64,000 nucleotides of DNA. Origin: Phyllobates terribilis. Its lineage: Eukaryota. Positions 1-15,000 of this stretch are shown in pieces (within the stretch, counting starts at the first letter, position 1; each line of letters starts with the position of its first letter). Both the position numbers and the translations under genes were made by a program. The notes below the pieces were generated by a model. The model made no database searches. It saw only the letters and a program-made list of their open reading frames with translations, and was not told where the DNA came from. The stretch lies in NCBI RefSeq assembly GCF_046119375.1, contig NW_027362763.1, positions 274,846,001 through 274,910,000 on the forward strand, written 5' to 3'.

Positions 1-2909
1 CAACCTCGCACAACAGAAATGTGATCAAGGTCTGCCTCATCTGATGAGTCTTCCATCAGTCCGTCCTCCACTTCTTCCTGGGCTACGGCACCTTCCTCAC
101 TAGTTTGGCTGCTACCATGCGCCCTGGTAAAACCATCTCCCCCACCCTCACATGCCTGCCGCCTTGGTGCTGCCGACCGTCTGGACCTTGCAGACGTTAG
201 CCCTTCCGCATACAACTACTCCTCCTCTACTTCCTCCACCTCCTCTTGTGCCACCACCTGACTCCGAATTCTGTTTAACATGTGCTCCAGCATGTAAATC
301 ACCGGAATAATCATGCTGATAATGGCATCGCCAGCACTAAACATCTTCGTCGCTATTTCAAAACTGTGCAGAAGGGTGCATAGGTCCCTAATCTGAGACC
401 ACACCTCCAGCGTGATTTGCCCTACCTCTGGATCTCAATGGCCCACGCTATACATCAGAACGTATTGCACCAGGGCTTGTCGGTGCTGCCACAGTTGCTG
501 CAACATGTGCAGAGTTGAATTCCACCGGGTAGGCACATCGCATTTTAGCCGGTGAAGTGGCAGGCCCAACTACTTGTGTAGAGATGTAAGTCGCTGAGCT
601 GCGGGATGCGAACGGCGGAAGTGAGTACACAGCATCCGTGCCCTCTGCAGAAGGCCATCTAGTCCGGGATATTGGGCTAAAAATTGCTGGACAACCAGGT
701 TCAACACGTGAGCCATACAAGGCACGTGTGTGACATTGCCCCGGCGAAGGGCTGCACCCAGGATTGCAGCATTGTCACACACGGCCTTCCCTGGTTTCAG
801 GTCCAGTGGAGACAACCATTCATGAAATTGGGTATCCAGAGCTGACCACAACTCCTCAGCTCTGTGACTCACATTTCCCAGACATTTCAAAGTAAAAACC
901 GCCTGATGACGTTGAGCCCTACTGCCAGCATAGTAAGGAGGTGTGCAGGATCCCTTCTGCGCAGTTAGAAAGCTTGTGGCATGACCAGACAGGCTTTGGG
1001 TGCAGGTGGAGGACCGAGAGGAGGTTGAGGAGGCAGAAGCAGTGGAGGAACTTTGAGATAAAGAGGATTGACGCACAACTCGTGGGGACGGCAAGACTTG
1101 GACAGCAGCCCCTTGTCCTGCTGTCACCATAGTTACCCAATGCCCAGTCAGCGACATGTAATGCCCCTGTCCATGCCTACTCGTCCAAGTGTCGGTGGTG
1201 AAATGCACCCTGTCACACACAGAGTTTCTCAAAGAAGCGATGATGTTGTGTGCGACATGCTGGTTGAGCGCAGGCACACCTTTCTTTGAGAAGTCGTGCC
1301 GACTGGGCATCTGGTACTGGGGCACTGCGACAGACATAAGGTCTCGAAAATCCTCTGTGTCCACCAGGCGGAAAGGCAGCATTTCTGTAGCCAAGAGCTT
1401 GCAGATGGTGAAATTCAACCTCTTAGCTTTCTCATGGCTAGGAGGAAATGGTCTTTTACTTGTCCACATATGAGGGACTGAGGGCTGGCTGTTGTGCTTA
1501 GACGGGGTTGATAAGGGTGTCCCCGGCAAACTGCCGGTCTGTGAAGAAGATACAGACGGACATGTTAGGTTGCCTTGATCCAAAGGTGGTGCTATCAATG
1601 TCGGACAGCGCTCAACACCAGCTGGTGTTACCACCTCCAAAGAAAATGATGACCTGCCAATCACGCTGGCTGTTGCGGGTAAAGAGGTGGCAGGTCTGCG
1701 TCCCAAAACAGGTGTGACTGCTGTCTCCCCAGTCACAGAGGATGAAGAGACCGCGGATGCACAAGATGTGGCAGACGGTGGTTGGCCCGGCCGGCTAGGC
1801 CGCATTGTAGCACAGTGAGCTTCCCACTGCAACTTATGCTTCATGTCCATGTGCCGGTTCATGCATGAAGTACTCAAACTATGTATTTTTTGGCCTCTAC
1901 TTAGCTTTTGCTGACAAATGTTACAGATAACACGAGTTGGGTCATCTTTATCGATCAGAAAAAATGCCCAGGCTATGCAAGGCTTAGCACCCATGCGACC
2001 TGAAGAGCCACCACGACTTGTGGTGAGAGGCAGAGTTGTGTTTGAGAATGCAGTTGTTGACGTGCTTCCAGTACTACGTCTCTGTCCAGGAAGGCGCAGT
2101 CTGACCCCGTCATCACGAGCATTCTCCTCCACCTCCTCTGCTGACCTCATCTCTTGGCTAACTGTGGGTTGACAGTAAGTGGGATCTCCAACCTCATCAT
2201 CATCACCATGTGTGTTATCACACCCGTCGTCCTCAGAGCCAACCTGTTCCTGCCCTGACAAAAAACTAAAGTTGTCGCTCCAATCAGGTATTTGAGTCTC
2301 ATCATCGTCTTCCTCATTGTCTCCACCAACAGGAGTTACAGTTTGGGAATGAGGGTCTACATTATCGTCAGAACCTTCTGCGTCTGGTCCTGGATCCGAC
2401 TCATAAAGATTCTGGGCTTCAGTGCAGATCATTTCCTCGTCTGGATTCACAGAAGCGCTGGAGTCGACCTCTGATTCCCAGGCTATAGTATGAGTAAACA
2501 GCTCTGCAGACTCAACCATCTGTTCTACCTCATACTCAGACGGGCAGCTGGAGATTTGGGAGCTGTGAGGAAGCAAGTGCGATTTGGGTGACACCTTTGA
2601 GGACTGGAGTATTTGTGATGTTGAAGTTGATGTGGAGGAGAGCCCACTTAAAGGAGCACGTGATATCCGTTGAAGCACCTGCTGTTTTTGTGCCTCATCT
2701 GGAATTTGTAGCGATTGGCATGGCCGTAAGAAAGGGATCTTATCACATTGTCCGCTAAAAGAAGTAGACATTTTAGTTTGGCTGGAAGATGGTCTTTCTT
2801 CTGCAGATGTTACTGTTGCTTTAACACCTACCCCATGGACACAACCTTTTTTCCCCTTCCCAACACACCTATTCCCCTTTCCACCAGCAGCAGGCCTTTT
2901 TCCACTCAT
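1..2909 (-). pseudogene. hAT (BED-finger, ZBED-like) transposase, inactivated
   Basis: ORF 570..2909 is nearly identical to the intact 60112..63792 protein (CNIC..RHMDMKH BED finger, FTTDTW, VCDNAA, CMAH). In-frame stops at 570-572 (TCG>TAG), 435-437 (CGA>TGA) and 216-218 (GAG>TAG); the frame is otherwise kept. It has a 21-bp in-frame segment (VKATVTS) that copy B lacks. Confidence 0.93.
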
Positions 2910-3024
2910 TTTGGTGGTTAACTAATTCACAACTCTGGAGTTGTTCGCACAAAAAAACAATGGATAGGAACCGAGCAGAGCTGAGTGGCCAAACTGTGGT
3001 ATTAGGTCAAAACTATTAGCTTGG

Positions 3025-6000
3025 TTAGATGCAGAAAAAAATTATATTCAATTTGCAACCTGATGGAGTTCAGTATAGATGGACTAATAGACCAAGTCCC
3101 ACAAACTGCTAGAAGCCCAAATATTTTTTCAGAGCTAGATGCAGAAAAAATTATATTCAATTTGCAACCTGATGGAGGTCACTATAGATGGACCAATAGA
3201 CCAAGTCCCACACACTTTTAGAAGCCCAAATATTTTTTCAGAGCTAGATGCAGAAAAAAATTATATTCAATTTGCAACCTGATGGAGGTCAGTATAGATG
3301 GACTAATAGACCAAGTCCCAAACACTGCTAGAAGCCCAAATATTTTTTCAAAGCTAGATGCAGATAAAAATTATTTTTAATTTGCAACCTGATGGAGGTC
3401 AGTATAGATGGACTAATAGAACAAGTCCCACACACTGCTAGAAGCTCAAATATTTTTTCAGAGCTAGATGCAGAAAAAAATTATATTCAATTTGCCACCT
3501 GATGGAGGTCAGTATAGATGGACTATTAGAACAAGTCCCACACACTGCTAGATGCCCAAATATTTTTTCAGAGCTAGATGCAGAAAAAAATTATATTCAA
3601 TTTGCAACCTGATGGAGGTCAGTATAGGTGGACTAATAGACCGAGTCCCACACGCTTATAGAACCCCAAATATTTTTTCAGAGCTAGATGCAGAAAAAAA
3701 TGATATTCAATTTGCAACCTGATGGAGGTCAGTATAGATGGACTAATAGACCAAGTCCCACACATTGCTAGAAGCCCAAATATTTTTTCAGAGCTAGATG
3801 CAGAAAAAAATTATATTCAATTTGCAACCTGATGGAGGTCAGTATAGATGGACTAATAGACCAAGTCCCACACACTGCTAGAAGCCCAAATATTTTTTTA
3901 GAGCTAGATGCAGAAAAAAATTATATTCAATTTGCAACCTGATGGAGGTCAGTATAGATGGACTATTAGAACAAGTCCCACACACTGCTAGAAGCCCAAA
4001 TATTTTTTCAGAGCTAGATGGAGACAAAAATTATTTTTAATTTGCAACATGATGAAGGTCAGTATAGATGGACTAACAGACCAAGTCCCACACACTGCTA
4101 GAAGCCCAAATATTTTTTTCAGAGCTAGATGCAGAAAAAAATTATAATGAATTTGCAACCTGATGGAGGTCAGTATAGATGGACTAATAGACCAAGTCCC
4201 ACACACTTCTAGAAGCCCAAAAATTTTTTCAGAGCTAGATGCAGAAAAAAATTATATTCAATTTGCAACCTGGTGGAGGTCAGTATATATGGACTAATAG
4301 ACCAAGTCCCACAAACTGCTAGAAGCCCAAATATTTTTTCAGAGCTAGATGCAGAAAAAAATATATTCAATTTGCAACCTGATGGAGGTCAGTATAGATG
4401 GACTATTAGAACAAGTCCCACACACTGCTAGAAGCCCAAATATTTTTTCAGAGCTAGATGCAGAAAAAAATTATATTCAATTTGCAACCTGATGGAGGTC
4501 AGTACAGATGGACTAATAGAACAAGTCACACACACTGCTTGCAGCCCAAATATTTTTTCAGAGCTAGATGCAGAAAAAAATTATATTCAATTTGCAACCT
4601 GATGGAGGTCAGTATAGATGGACTAATAGACCAAGTCCCACACACTGCTAGGAGCCCAAATATTTTTTCAGAGCTAGATGCAGATAAAAATTATTTTTTA
4701 TTTGCAACCTGATGGAGGTCAGTATAGATGGACTAACAGACCAAGTCCCACACACTGCTAGAAGCTCAAATATTTTTTCAGAGCTAGATGCAGAAAAAAA
4801 TTATATTCAATTTGCAACCTGATTTAGGTCAGTATAGATGGACTATTAGAACAAGTCCCACACACTGCTAGAAGCCCAAATATTTTTTCAGAGCTAGATG
4901 CAGATAAAAATTATATTCAATTTGCAACCTGATGGAGGTCAATATAGATGGACTAATAGGACAAGTCCCACACACTGCTTGAAGCCCAAATATTTTTTCA
5001 GAGCTAGATGCAGAAAAAAATTATATTCAATTTGCAACCTGATGGAGGTCAGTATAGATGGACTAATAGAACAAGTCACACACACTGCTGGAAGCCCAAA
5101 TATTTTTTCAGAGCTAGATGCAAAAAAAAATTATATTCAATTTGCAACCTGATGGAGGTCAGTATAGATGGACTAATAGACCAAGTCCCACACACTGTTA
5201 GGAGCCCAAATATTTTTTCAGAGCTAGATGCAGATAAAAATTATTTTTAATTTGCAACATAATGGAGGTCAGTATAGATGGACTAATAGACCAAGTCCCA
5301 CACACTGCTAGAAGCCCAAATATTTTTTCAGAGCTAGATGCAGAAAAAAATTATATTCAATTTTCAACCTGATGGAGGTCAGTATAGATGGACTATTAGA
5401 ACAAGTCCCACACACTGCTTGAGGCCCAAATATTTTTTCAGAGCTAGATGCAGAAAAAAATTATATTCAATTTGCAACCTGATGGAGGTCAGTATAGATG
5501 GACTAATAGAACAAGTCACACACACTGCTGGAAGCCCAAATATTTTTTCAGAGCTAGATGCAAAAAAAAAATATATTCAATTTGCAACCTGATGGAGGTC
5601 AGTATAGATGGACTAATAGACCAAGTCCCACACACTGTTAGGAGCCCAAATATTTTTTCAGAGCTAGATGCAGATAAAAATTATTTTTAATTTGCAACAT
5701 AGTGGAGGTCAGTATAGATGGACTAATAGACCAAGTCCCACACACTGCTAGAAGCCCAAATATTTTTTCAGAGCTAGATGCAGAAAAAAATTATATTGAA
5801 TTTGCAACCTGATGGAGGTCAGTATAGATGGACTAATAGACGCAGTCTCACACACTGCTAGAAGCCCAAATATTTTTTCAGAGCTAGATGCAGATAAAAA
5901 TTATTTTTAATTTGCAACGTAATACAGGTCAGTATAGATGGACTAATAGACAAAGTCCCACACACTGCTAGAAGCCCAAATATTTTTTCAGAGCTAGATG

Positions 6001-9000
6001 CAGAAAAAAATTATATTCAATTTGCAACCTGATGGAGGTCAGTATAGATGGACTAATAGACCAAGTCCCACACACTTCTAGAAGCCCAAATATTTTTTCA
6101 GAGCTAGATGCAGAAAAAAATTATATTCAATTTGCAACCTGGTGGAGGTCAGTATATATGGACTAATAGACCAAGTCCCACAAACTGCTAGAATCCCAAA
6201 TATTTTTTTCAGAGCTAGATGCAGAAAAAATTATATTCAATTTGAACCTGATGGAGGTCAGTATAGATGGACCAATAGACCAAGTCCCACACACTTCTAG
6301 AAGCCCAAATATTTTTTCAGAGCTAGATGCAGAAAAAAATTATATTCAATTTGCAACCTGATGGAGGTCAGTATAGATGGACCAATAGACCAAGTCCCAC
6401 ACACTGCTAGGAGCCCAAATATTTTTTCAGAGCTAGATGCAGATAAAAATTATTTTTTATTTGCAACCTGATGGAGGTCAGTATAGATGGACTAACAGAC
6501 CAAGTCCCACACACTGCTAGAAGCTCAAATATTTTTTCAGAGCTAGATGCAGAAAAAAATTATATTCAATTTGCAACCTGATGGAGGTCAGTATAGATGG
6601 ATTAATAGACCAAGTCCCACACACTTCTAGAAGCCCAAATATTTTTTCAGAGCTAGATGCAGAAAAAAATTATATTCAATTTGCAACCTGGTGGAGGTCA
6701 GTATATATGGACTAATAGACCAAGTCCCACAAACTGCTAGAATCCCAAATATTTTTTTCAGAGCTAGATGCAGAAAAAATTATATTCAATTTGAACCTGA
6801 TGGAGGTCAGTATAGATGGACCAATAGACCAAGTCCCACACACTTCTAGAAGCCCAAATATTTTTTCAGAGCTAGATGCAGAAAAAAATTATATTCAATT
6901 TGCAACCTGATGGAGGTCAGTATAGATGGACCAATAGACCAAGTCCCACACACTGCTAGGAGCCCAAATATTTTTTCAGAGCTAGATGCAGATAAAAATT
7001 ATTTTTTATTTGCAACCTGATGGAGGTCAGTATAGATGGACTAACAGACCAAGTCCCACACACTGCTAGAAGCTCAAATATTTTTTCAGAGCTAGATGCA
7101 GAAAAAAATTATATTCAATTTGCAACCTGATGGAGGTCAGTATAGATGGACTAATAGACCAAGTCCCACACACTGCTAGAAGCCCAAATATTTTTTTAGA
7201 GCTAGATGCAAAAAAAAATTATATTCAATTTGCAACCTGATGGAGGTCAGTATAGATGGACTATTAGAACAAGTCCCACACACTGTTTGAAGCCCAAATA
7301 TTTTTTCAGAGCTAGATGCAGAAAAAAATTATATTCAATTTGCAACCTGATGGAGGTCAGTATAGATGGACTAATAGAACAAGTCACACACACTGCTGGA
7401 AGCCCAAATATTTTTTCAGAGCTAGATGCAAAAAAAAAATTATATTCAATTTGCAACCTGATGGAGGTCAGTATAGATGGACTAATAGACCAAGTCCCAC
7501 ACACTGTTAAGAGCCCAAATATTTTTTCAGAGCTAGATGCAGATAAAAATTATTTTTAATTTGCAACATAGTGGAGGTCAGTATAGATGGACTAATAGAC
7601 CAAGTCCCACACACTGCTAGAAGCCCAAATATTTTTTCAGAGCTAGATGCAGAAAAAAATTATATTGAATTTGCAACCTGATGGAGGTCAGTATAGATGG
7701 ACTAATAGACCCAGTCCCACACACTGCAAGAAGCCCAAATATTTTTTCAGAGCTAGATGCAGATAAAAATTATTTTTAATTTACAACATAATTGAGGTCA
7801 GTATAGATGGACTAATAGACCAAGTCCCACACACTGCTAGAAGCCCAAATATTTTTTCAGAGCTAGATGCAGAAAAAAATTATATTCAATTTGCAACCTG
7901 ATGGAGGTCAGTATAGATGGACTAATAGACCAAGTCCCAAACACTGCTAGAAGCCCAAGTATTTTTTCAAAGCTAGATGCAGATAAAAATTATTTTTAAT
8001 TTGCAACCTGATGGAGGTCAGTATAGATGGACTAATAGAACAAGTCCCACACACTGCTAGAAGCTCAAATATTTTTTCAGAGCTAGATGCAGAAAAAAAT
8101 TATATTCAATTTGCCACCTGATGGAGGTCAGTATAGATGGACTATTAGAACAAGTCCCACACACTGCTAGATGCCCAAATATTTTTTCAGAGCTAGATGC
8201 AGAAAAAAATTATATTCAATTTGCAACCTGATGGAGGTCAGTATAGGTGGACTAATAGACCAAGTCCCACACGCTTATAGAACCCCAAATATTTTTTCAG
8301 AGCTAGATGCAGAAAAAAATGATATTCAATTTGCAACCTGATGGAGGTCAGTATAGATGGACTAATAGACCAAGTCCCACACATTGCTAGAAGCCCAAAT
8401 ATTTTTTCAGAGCTAGATGCAGAAAAAAATTATATTCAATTTGCAACCTGATGGAGGTCAGTATAGATGGACTAATAGACCAAGTCCCACACACTGCTAG
8501 GAGCCCAAATATTTTTTCAGAGCTAGATGGAGATAAAAATTATTTTTAATTTGCAACATGATGAAGGTCAGTATAGATGGACTAACAGACCAAGTCCCAC
8601 ACACTGCTAGAAGCCCAAATATTTTTTTCAGAGCTAGATGCAGAAAAAAATTATAATGAATTTGCAACCTGATGGAGGTCAGTATAGATGGACTAATAGA
8701 CCAAGTCCCACACACTTCTAGAAGCCCAAATATTTTTTCAGAGCTAGATGCAGAAAAAAATTATATTCAATTTGCAACCTGGTGGAGGTCAGTATATATG
8801 GACTAATAGACCAAGTCCCACAAACTGCTAGAAGCCCAAATATTTTTTCAGAGCTAGATGCAGAAAAAATTATATTCAATTTGCAACCTGATGGAGGTCA
8901 CTATAGATGGACCAATAGACCAAGTCCCACACACTTTTAGAAGCCCAAATATTTTTTCAGAGCTAGATGCAGAAAAAAATTATATTCAATTTGCAACCTG

Positions 9001-12000
9001 ATGGAGGTCAGTATAGATGGACTAATAGACCAAGTCCCACACACTGCTAGAAGCCCAAATATTTTTTTAGAGCTAGATGCAGAAAAAAATTATATTCAAT
9101 TTGCAACCTGATGGAGGTCAGTATAGATGGACTATTAGAACAAGTCCCACACACTGCTAGAAGCCCAAATATTTTTTCAGAGCTAGATGCAGAAAAAAAT
9201 TATATTCAATTTGCAACCTGATGGAGGTCAGTACAGATGGACTAATAGAACAAGTCACACACACTGCTTGCAGCCCAAATATTTTTTCAGAGCTAGATGC
9301 AGAAAAAAATTATATTCAATTTGCAACCTGATGGAGGTCAGTATAGATGGACTAATAGACCAAGTCCCACACACTGCTAGGAGCCCAAATATTTTTTCAG
9401 AGCTAGATGCAGATAAAAATTATTTTTTATTTGCAACCTGATGGAGGTCAGTATAGATGGACTAACAGACCAAGTCCCACACACTGCTAGAAGCTCAAAT
9501 ATTTTTTCAGAGCTAGATGCAGAAAAAAATTATATTCAATTTGCAACCTGATTTAGGTCAGTATAGATGGACTATTAGAACAAGTCCCACACACTGCTAG
9601 AAGCCCAAATATTTTTTCAGAGCTAGATGCAGATAAAAATTATATTCAATTTGCAACCTGATGGAGGTCAATATAGATGGACTAATAGGACAAGTCCAAC
9701 ACACTGCTAGAAGCCCAAATATTTTTTCAGAGCTAGATGCAGAAAAAAATTATATTCAGTTTGCAACCTGATGGAGGTCAGTATAGATGGACTAATAGAC
9801 CAAGTCCCACACACTGCTAGAAGCCCAAATATTTTTTCAGAGCTAGATGCAGAAAAAAATTATATTCAATTTGCAACCTGATGGAGGTCAGTATAGATGG
9901 ACTATTAGAACAAGTCCCACACACTGCTTGAAGCCCAAATATTTTTTCAGAGCTAGATGCAGAAAAAAATTATATTCAATTTGCAACCTGATGGAGGTCA
10001 GTATAGATGGACTAATAGAACAAGTCACACACACTGCTGGAAGCCGAAATATTTTTTCAGAGCTAGATGCAAAAAAAAATTATATTCAATTTGCAACCTG
10101 ATGGAGGTCAGTATAGATGGACTAATAGACCAAGTCCCACACACTGTTAGGAGCCCAAATATTTTTTCAGAGCTAGATGCAGATAAAAATTATTTTTAAT
10201 TTGCAACATAATGGAGGTCAGTATAGATGGACTAATAGACCAAGTCCCACACACTGCTAGAAGCCCAAATATTTTTTCAGAGCTAGATGCAGAAAAAAAT
10301 TATATTCAATTTGCAACCTGATGGAGGTCAGTATAGATGGACTATTAGAACAAGTCCCACACACTGCTTGAGGCCCAAATATTTTTTCAGAGCTAGATGC
10401 AGAAAAAAATTATATTCAATTTGCAACCTGATGGAGGTCAGTATAGATGGACTAATAGAACAAGTCACACACACTGCTGGAAGCCCAAATATTTTTTCAG
10501 AGCTAGATGCAAAAAAAAATTATATTCAATTTGCAACCTGATGGAGGTCAGTATAGATGGACTAATAGACCAAGTCCCACACACTGTTAGGAGCCCAAAT
10601 ATTTTTTCAGAGCTAGATGCAGATAAAAATTATTTTTAATTTGCAACATAGTGGAGGTCAGTATAGATGGACTAATAGACCAAGTCCCACACACTGCTAG
10701 AAGCCCAAATATTTTTTCAGAGCTAGATGCAGAAAAAAATTATATTGAATTTGCAACCTGATGGAGGTCAGTATAGATGGACTAATAGACGCAGTCTCAC
10801 ACACTGCTAGAAGCCCAAATATTTTTTCAGAGCTAGATGCAGATAAAAATTATTTTTAATTTGCAACATAATACAGGTCAGTATAGATGGACTAATAGAC
10901 AAAGTCCCACACACTGCTAGAAGCCCAAATATTTTTTCAGAGCTAGATGCAGAAAAAAATAATATTCAATTTGCAACCTGATGGAGGTCAGTATAGATGG
11001 ACTAATAGACCAAGTCCCACACACTTCTAGAAGCCCAAATATTTTTTCAGAGCTAGATGCAGAAAAAAATTATATTCAATTTGCAACCTGGTGGAGGTCA
11101 GTATATATGGACTAATAGACCAAGTCCCACACACTTCTAGAAGCCCAAATATTTTTTCAGAGCTAGATGCAGAAAAAAATTATATTCAATTTGCAACCTG
11201 ATGGAGGTCATTATAGATGGACCAATAGACCAAGTCCCACACACTGCTAGGAGCCAAAATATTTTTTCAGAGCTAGATGCAGATAAAAATTATTTTTTAT
11301 TTGCAACCTGATGGAGGTCAGTATAGATGGACTAACAGACCAAGTCCCACACACTGCTAGAAGCTCAAATATTTTTCAAGAGATAGATGCAGAAAAAAAT
11401 TATATTCAATTTGCAACCTGATGGAGGTCAGTATAGATGGACTAATAGACCAAGTCCCACACACTTCTAGAAGCCCAAATATTTTTTCAGAGCTAGATGC
11501 AGAAAAAAATTATATTCAATTTGCAACCTGGTGGAGGTCAGTATATATGGACTAATAGACCAAGTCCCACAAACTGCTAGAATCCCAAATATTTTTTTCA
11601 GAGCTAGATGCAGAAAAAATTATATTCAATTTGAACCTGATGGAGGTCAGTATAGATGGACCAATAGACCAAGTCCCACACACTTCTAGAAGCCCAAATA
11701 TTTTTTCAGAGCTAGATGCAGAAAAAAATTATATTCAATTTGCAACCTGATGGAGGTCAGTATAGATGGACCAATAGACCAAGTCCCACACACTGCTAGG
11801 AGCCCAAATATTTTTTCAGAGCTAGATGCAGATAAAAATTATTTTTTATTTGCAACCTGATGGAGGTCAGTATAGATGGACTAACAGACCAAGTCCCACA
11901 CACTGCTAGAAGCTCAAATATTTTTCCAGAGCTAGATGCAGAAAAAAATTATATTCAATTTGCAACCTGATGGAGGTCAGTATAGATGGACTAATAGACC

Positions 12001-15000
12001 AAGTCCCACACACTGCTAGAAGCCCAAATATTTTTTTAGAGCTAGATGCAAAAAAAAATTATATTCAATTTGCAACCTGATGGAGGTCAGTATAGATGGA
12101 CTATTAGAACAAGTCCCACACACTGTTTGAAGCCCAAATATTTTTTCAGAGCTAGATGCAGAAAAAAATTATATTCAATTTGCAACCTGATGGAGGTCAG
12201 TATAGATGGACTAATAGAACAAGTCACACACACTGCTGGAAGCCCAAATATTTTTTCAGAGCTAGATGCAAAAAAAAAATTATATTCAATTTGCAACCTG
12301 ATGGAGGTCAGTATAGATGGACTAATAGACCAAGTCCCACACACTGTTAAGAGCCCAAATATTTTTTCAGAGCTAGATGCAGATAAAAATTATTTTTAAT
12401 TTGCAACATAGTGGAGGTCAGTATAGATGGACTAATAGACCAAGTCCCACACACTGCTAGAAGCCCAAATATTTTTTCAGAGCTAGATGCAGAAAAAAAT
12501 TATATTGAATTTGCAACCTGATGGAGGTCAGTATAGATGGACTAATAGACCCAGTCCCACACACTGCTAGAAGCCCAAATATTTTTTCAGAGCTAGATGC
12601 AGATAAAAATTATTTTTAATTTACAACATAATTGAGGTCAGTATAGATGGACTAATAGACCAAGTCCCACACACTGCTAGAAGCCCAAATATTTTTTCAG
12701 AGCTAGATGCAGAAAAAAATTATATTCAATTTGCAACCTGATGGAGGTCAGTATAGATGGAATAATAGACCAAGTCCCACACACTGCTAGAAGCCCAAAT
12801 ATTTTTTCAGAGCTAGATGCAGAAAAAAATTATATTCAATTTGCAACCTGATGGAGGTCAGTATAGATGGACTAATAGACCAAGTCCCACACACTGCTAG
12901 GAGCCCAAATATTTTTTCAGAGCTAGATGGAGATAAAAATTATTTTTAATTTGCAACATGATGGAGGTCAGTATAGATGGACTTATAGACCAAGTCCCAC
13001 ACACTGCTAGAAGCCCAAATATTTTTTTAGAGCTAGATGCAAAAAAAAATTATATTCAATTTGCAACCTGATGGAGGTCAGTATAGATGGACTATTAGAA
13101 CAAGTCCCACACACTGCTAGAAGCCCAAATATTTTTTCAGAGCTAGATGCAGAAAAAAATTATATTCAATTTGTAACCTGATGGAGGTCAGTACAGATGG
13201 ACTAATAGAACAAGTCACACACACTGCTTGCAGCCCAAATATTTTTTCAGAGCTAGATGCAGAAAAAAATTATATTCAATTTGCAACCTGATGGAGGTCA
13301 GTATAGATGGACTAATAGACCAAGTCCCACACACTGCTAGGAGCCCAAATATTTTTTCAGAGCTAGATGCAGATAAAAATTATTTTTTATTTGCAACCTG
13401 ATGGAGGTCAGTATAGATGGACTAACAGACCAAGTCCCACACACTGCTAGAAGCTCAAATATTTTTTCAGAGATAGATGCAGAAAAAAATTATATTCAAT
13501 TTGCAACCTGATGGAGGTCAGTATAGATGGACTATTAGAACAAGTCCCACACACTGCTAGAAGCCCAAATATTTTTTCAGAGCTAGATGCAGATAAAAAT
13601 TATATTCAATTTGCAACCTGATGGAGGTCAGTATAGATGGACTAATAGGACAAGTCCAACACACTGCTAGAAGCCCAAATATTTTTTCAGAGCTAGATGC
13701 AGAAAAAAATTATATTCAGTTTGCAACCTGATGGAGGTCAGTATAGATGGACTAATAGACCAAGTCCCACACACTGCTAGAAGCCCAAATATTTTTTCAG
13801 AGCTAGATGCAGAAAAAAATTATATTCAATTTGCAACCTGATGGAGGTCAGTATAGATGGACTATTAGAACAAGTCCCACACACTGCTTGAAGCCCAAAT
13901 ATTTTTTCAGAGCTAGATGCAGAAAAAAATTATATTCAATTTGCAACCTGATGGAGGTCAGTATAGATGGACTAATAGAACAAGTCACACACACTGCTGG
14001 AAGCCCAAATATTTTTTCAGAGCTAGATGCAAAAAAAAATTATATTCAATTTGCAACCTGATGGAGGTCAGTATAGATGGACTAATAGACCAAGTCCCAC
14101 ACACTGTTAGGAGCCCAAATATTTTTTCAGAGCTAGATGCAGATAAAAATTATTTTTAATTTGCAACATAATGGAGGTCAGTATAGATGGACTAATAGAC
14201 CAAGTCCCACACACTGCTAGAAGCCCAAATATTTTTTCAGAGCTAGATGCAGAAAAAAATTATATTCAATTTGCAACCTGATGGAGGTCAGTATAGATGG
14301 ACTATTAGAACAAGTCCCACACACTGCTTGAAGCCCAAATATTTTTTCAGAGCTAGATGCAGAAAAAAATTATATTCAATTTGCAACCTGATGGAGGTCA
14401 GTATAGATGGACTAATAGAACAAGTCACACACACTGCTGGAAGCCCAAATATTTTTTCAGAGCTAGATGCAAAAAAAAATTATATTCAATTTGCAACCTG
14501 ATGGAGGTCAGTATAGATGGACTAATAGACCAAGTCCCACACACTGTTAGGAGCCCAAATATTTTTTCAGAGCTAGATGCAGATAAAAATTATTTTTAAT
14601 TTGCAACATAGTGGAGGTCAGTATAGATGGACTAATAGAACAAGTCCCACACACTGCTAGAAGCCCAAATATTTTTTCAAAGCTAGATGCAGAAAAAAAT
14701 TATATTGAATTTGCAACGTGATGGAGGTCAGTATAGATGGACTAATAGACCCAGTCCCACACACTGCTAGAAGCCCAAATATTTTTTCAGAGCTAGATGC
14801 AGATAAAAATTATTTTTAATTTGCAACATAATGGAGGTCAGTATAGATGGACTAATAGACCAAGTCCCACACACTGCTAGAAGCCCAAATATTTTTTCAG
14901 AGCTAGATGCAGAAAAAAATTATATTCAATTTGCAACCTGATGGAGGTCAGTATAGATGGACTAATAGACCAAGTCCCACACACTGTTAGGAGCCCATAT

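Noticed and set aside
448-2474. Overlapping alternative-frame ORFs within the hAT transposase (also 60285-63378)
   Set aside because: They are shadow ORFs whose similarity between copies simply follows the DNA identity.
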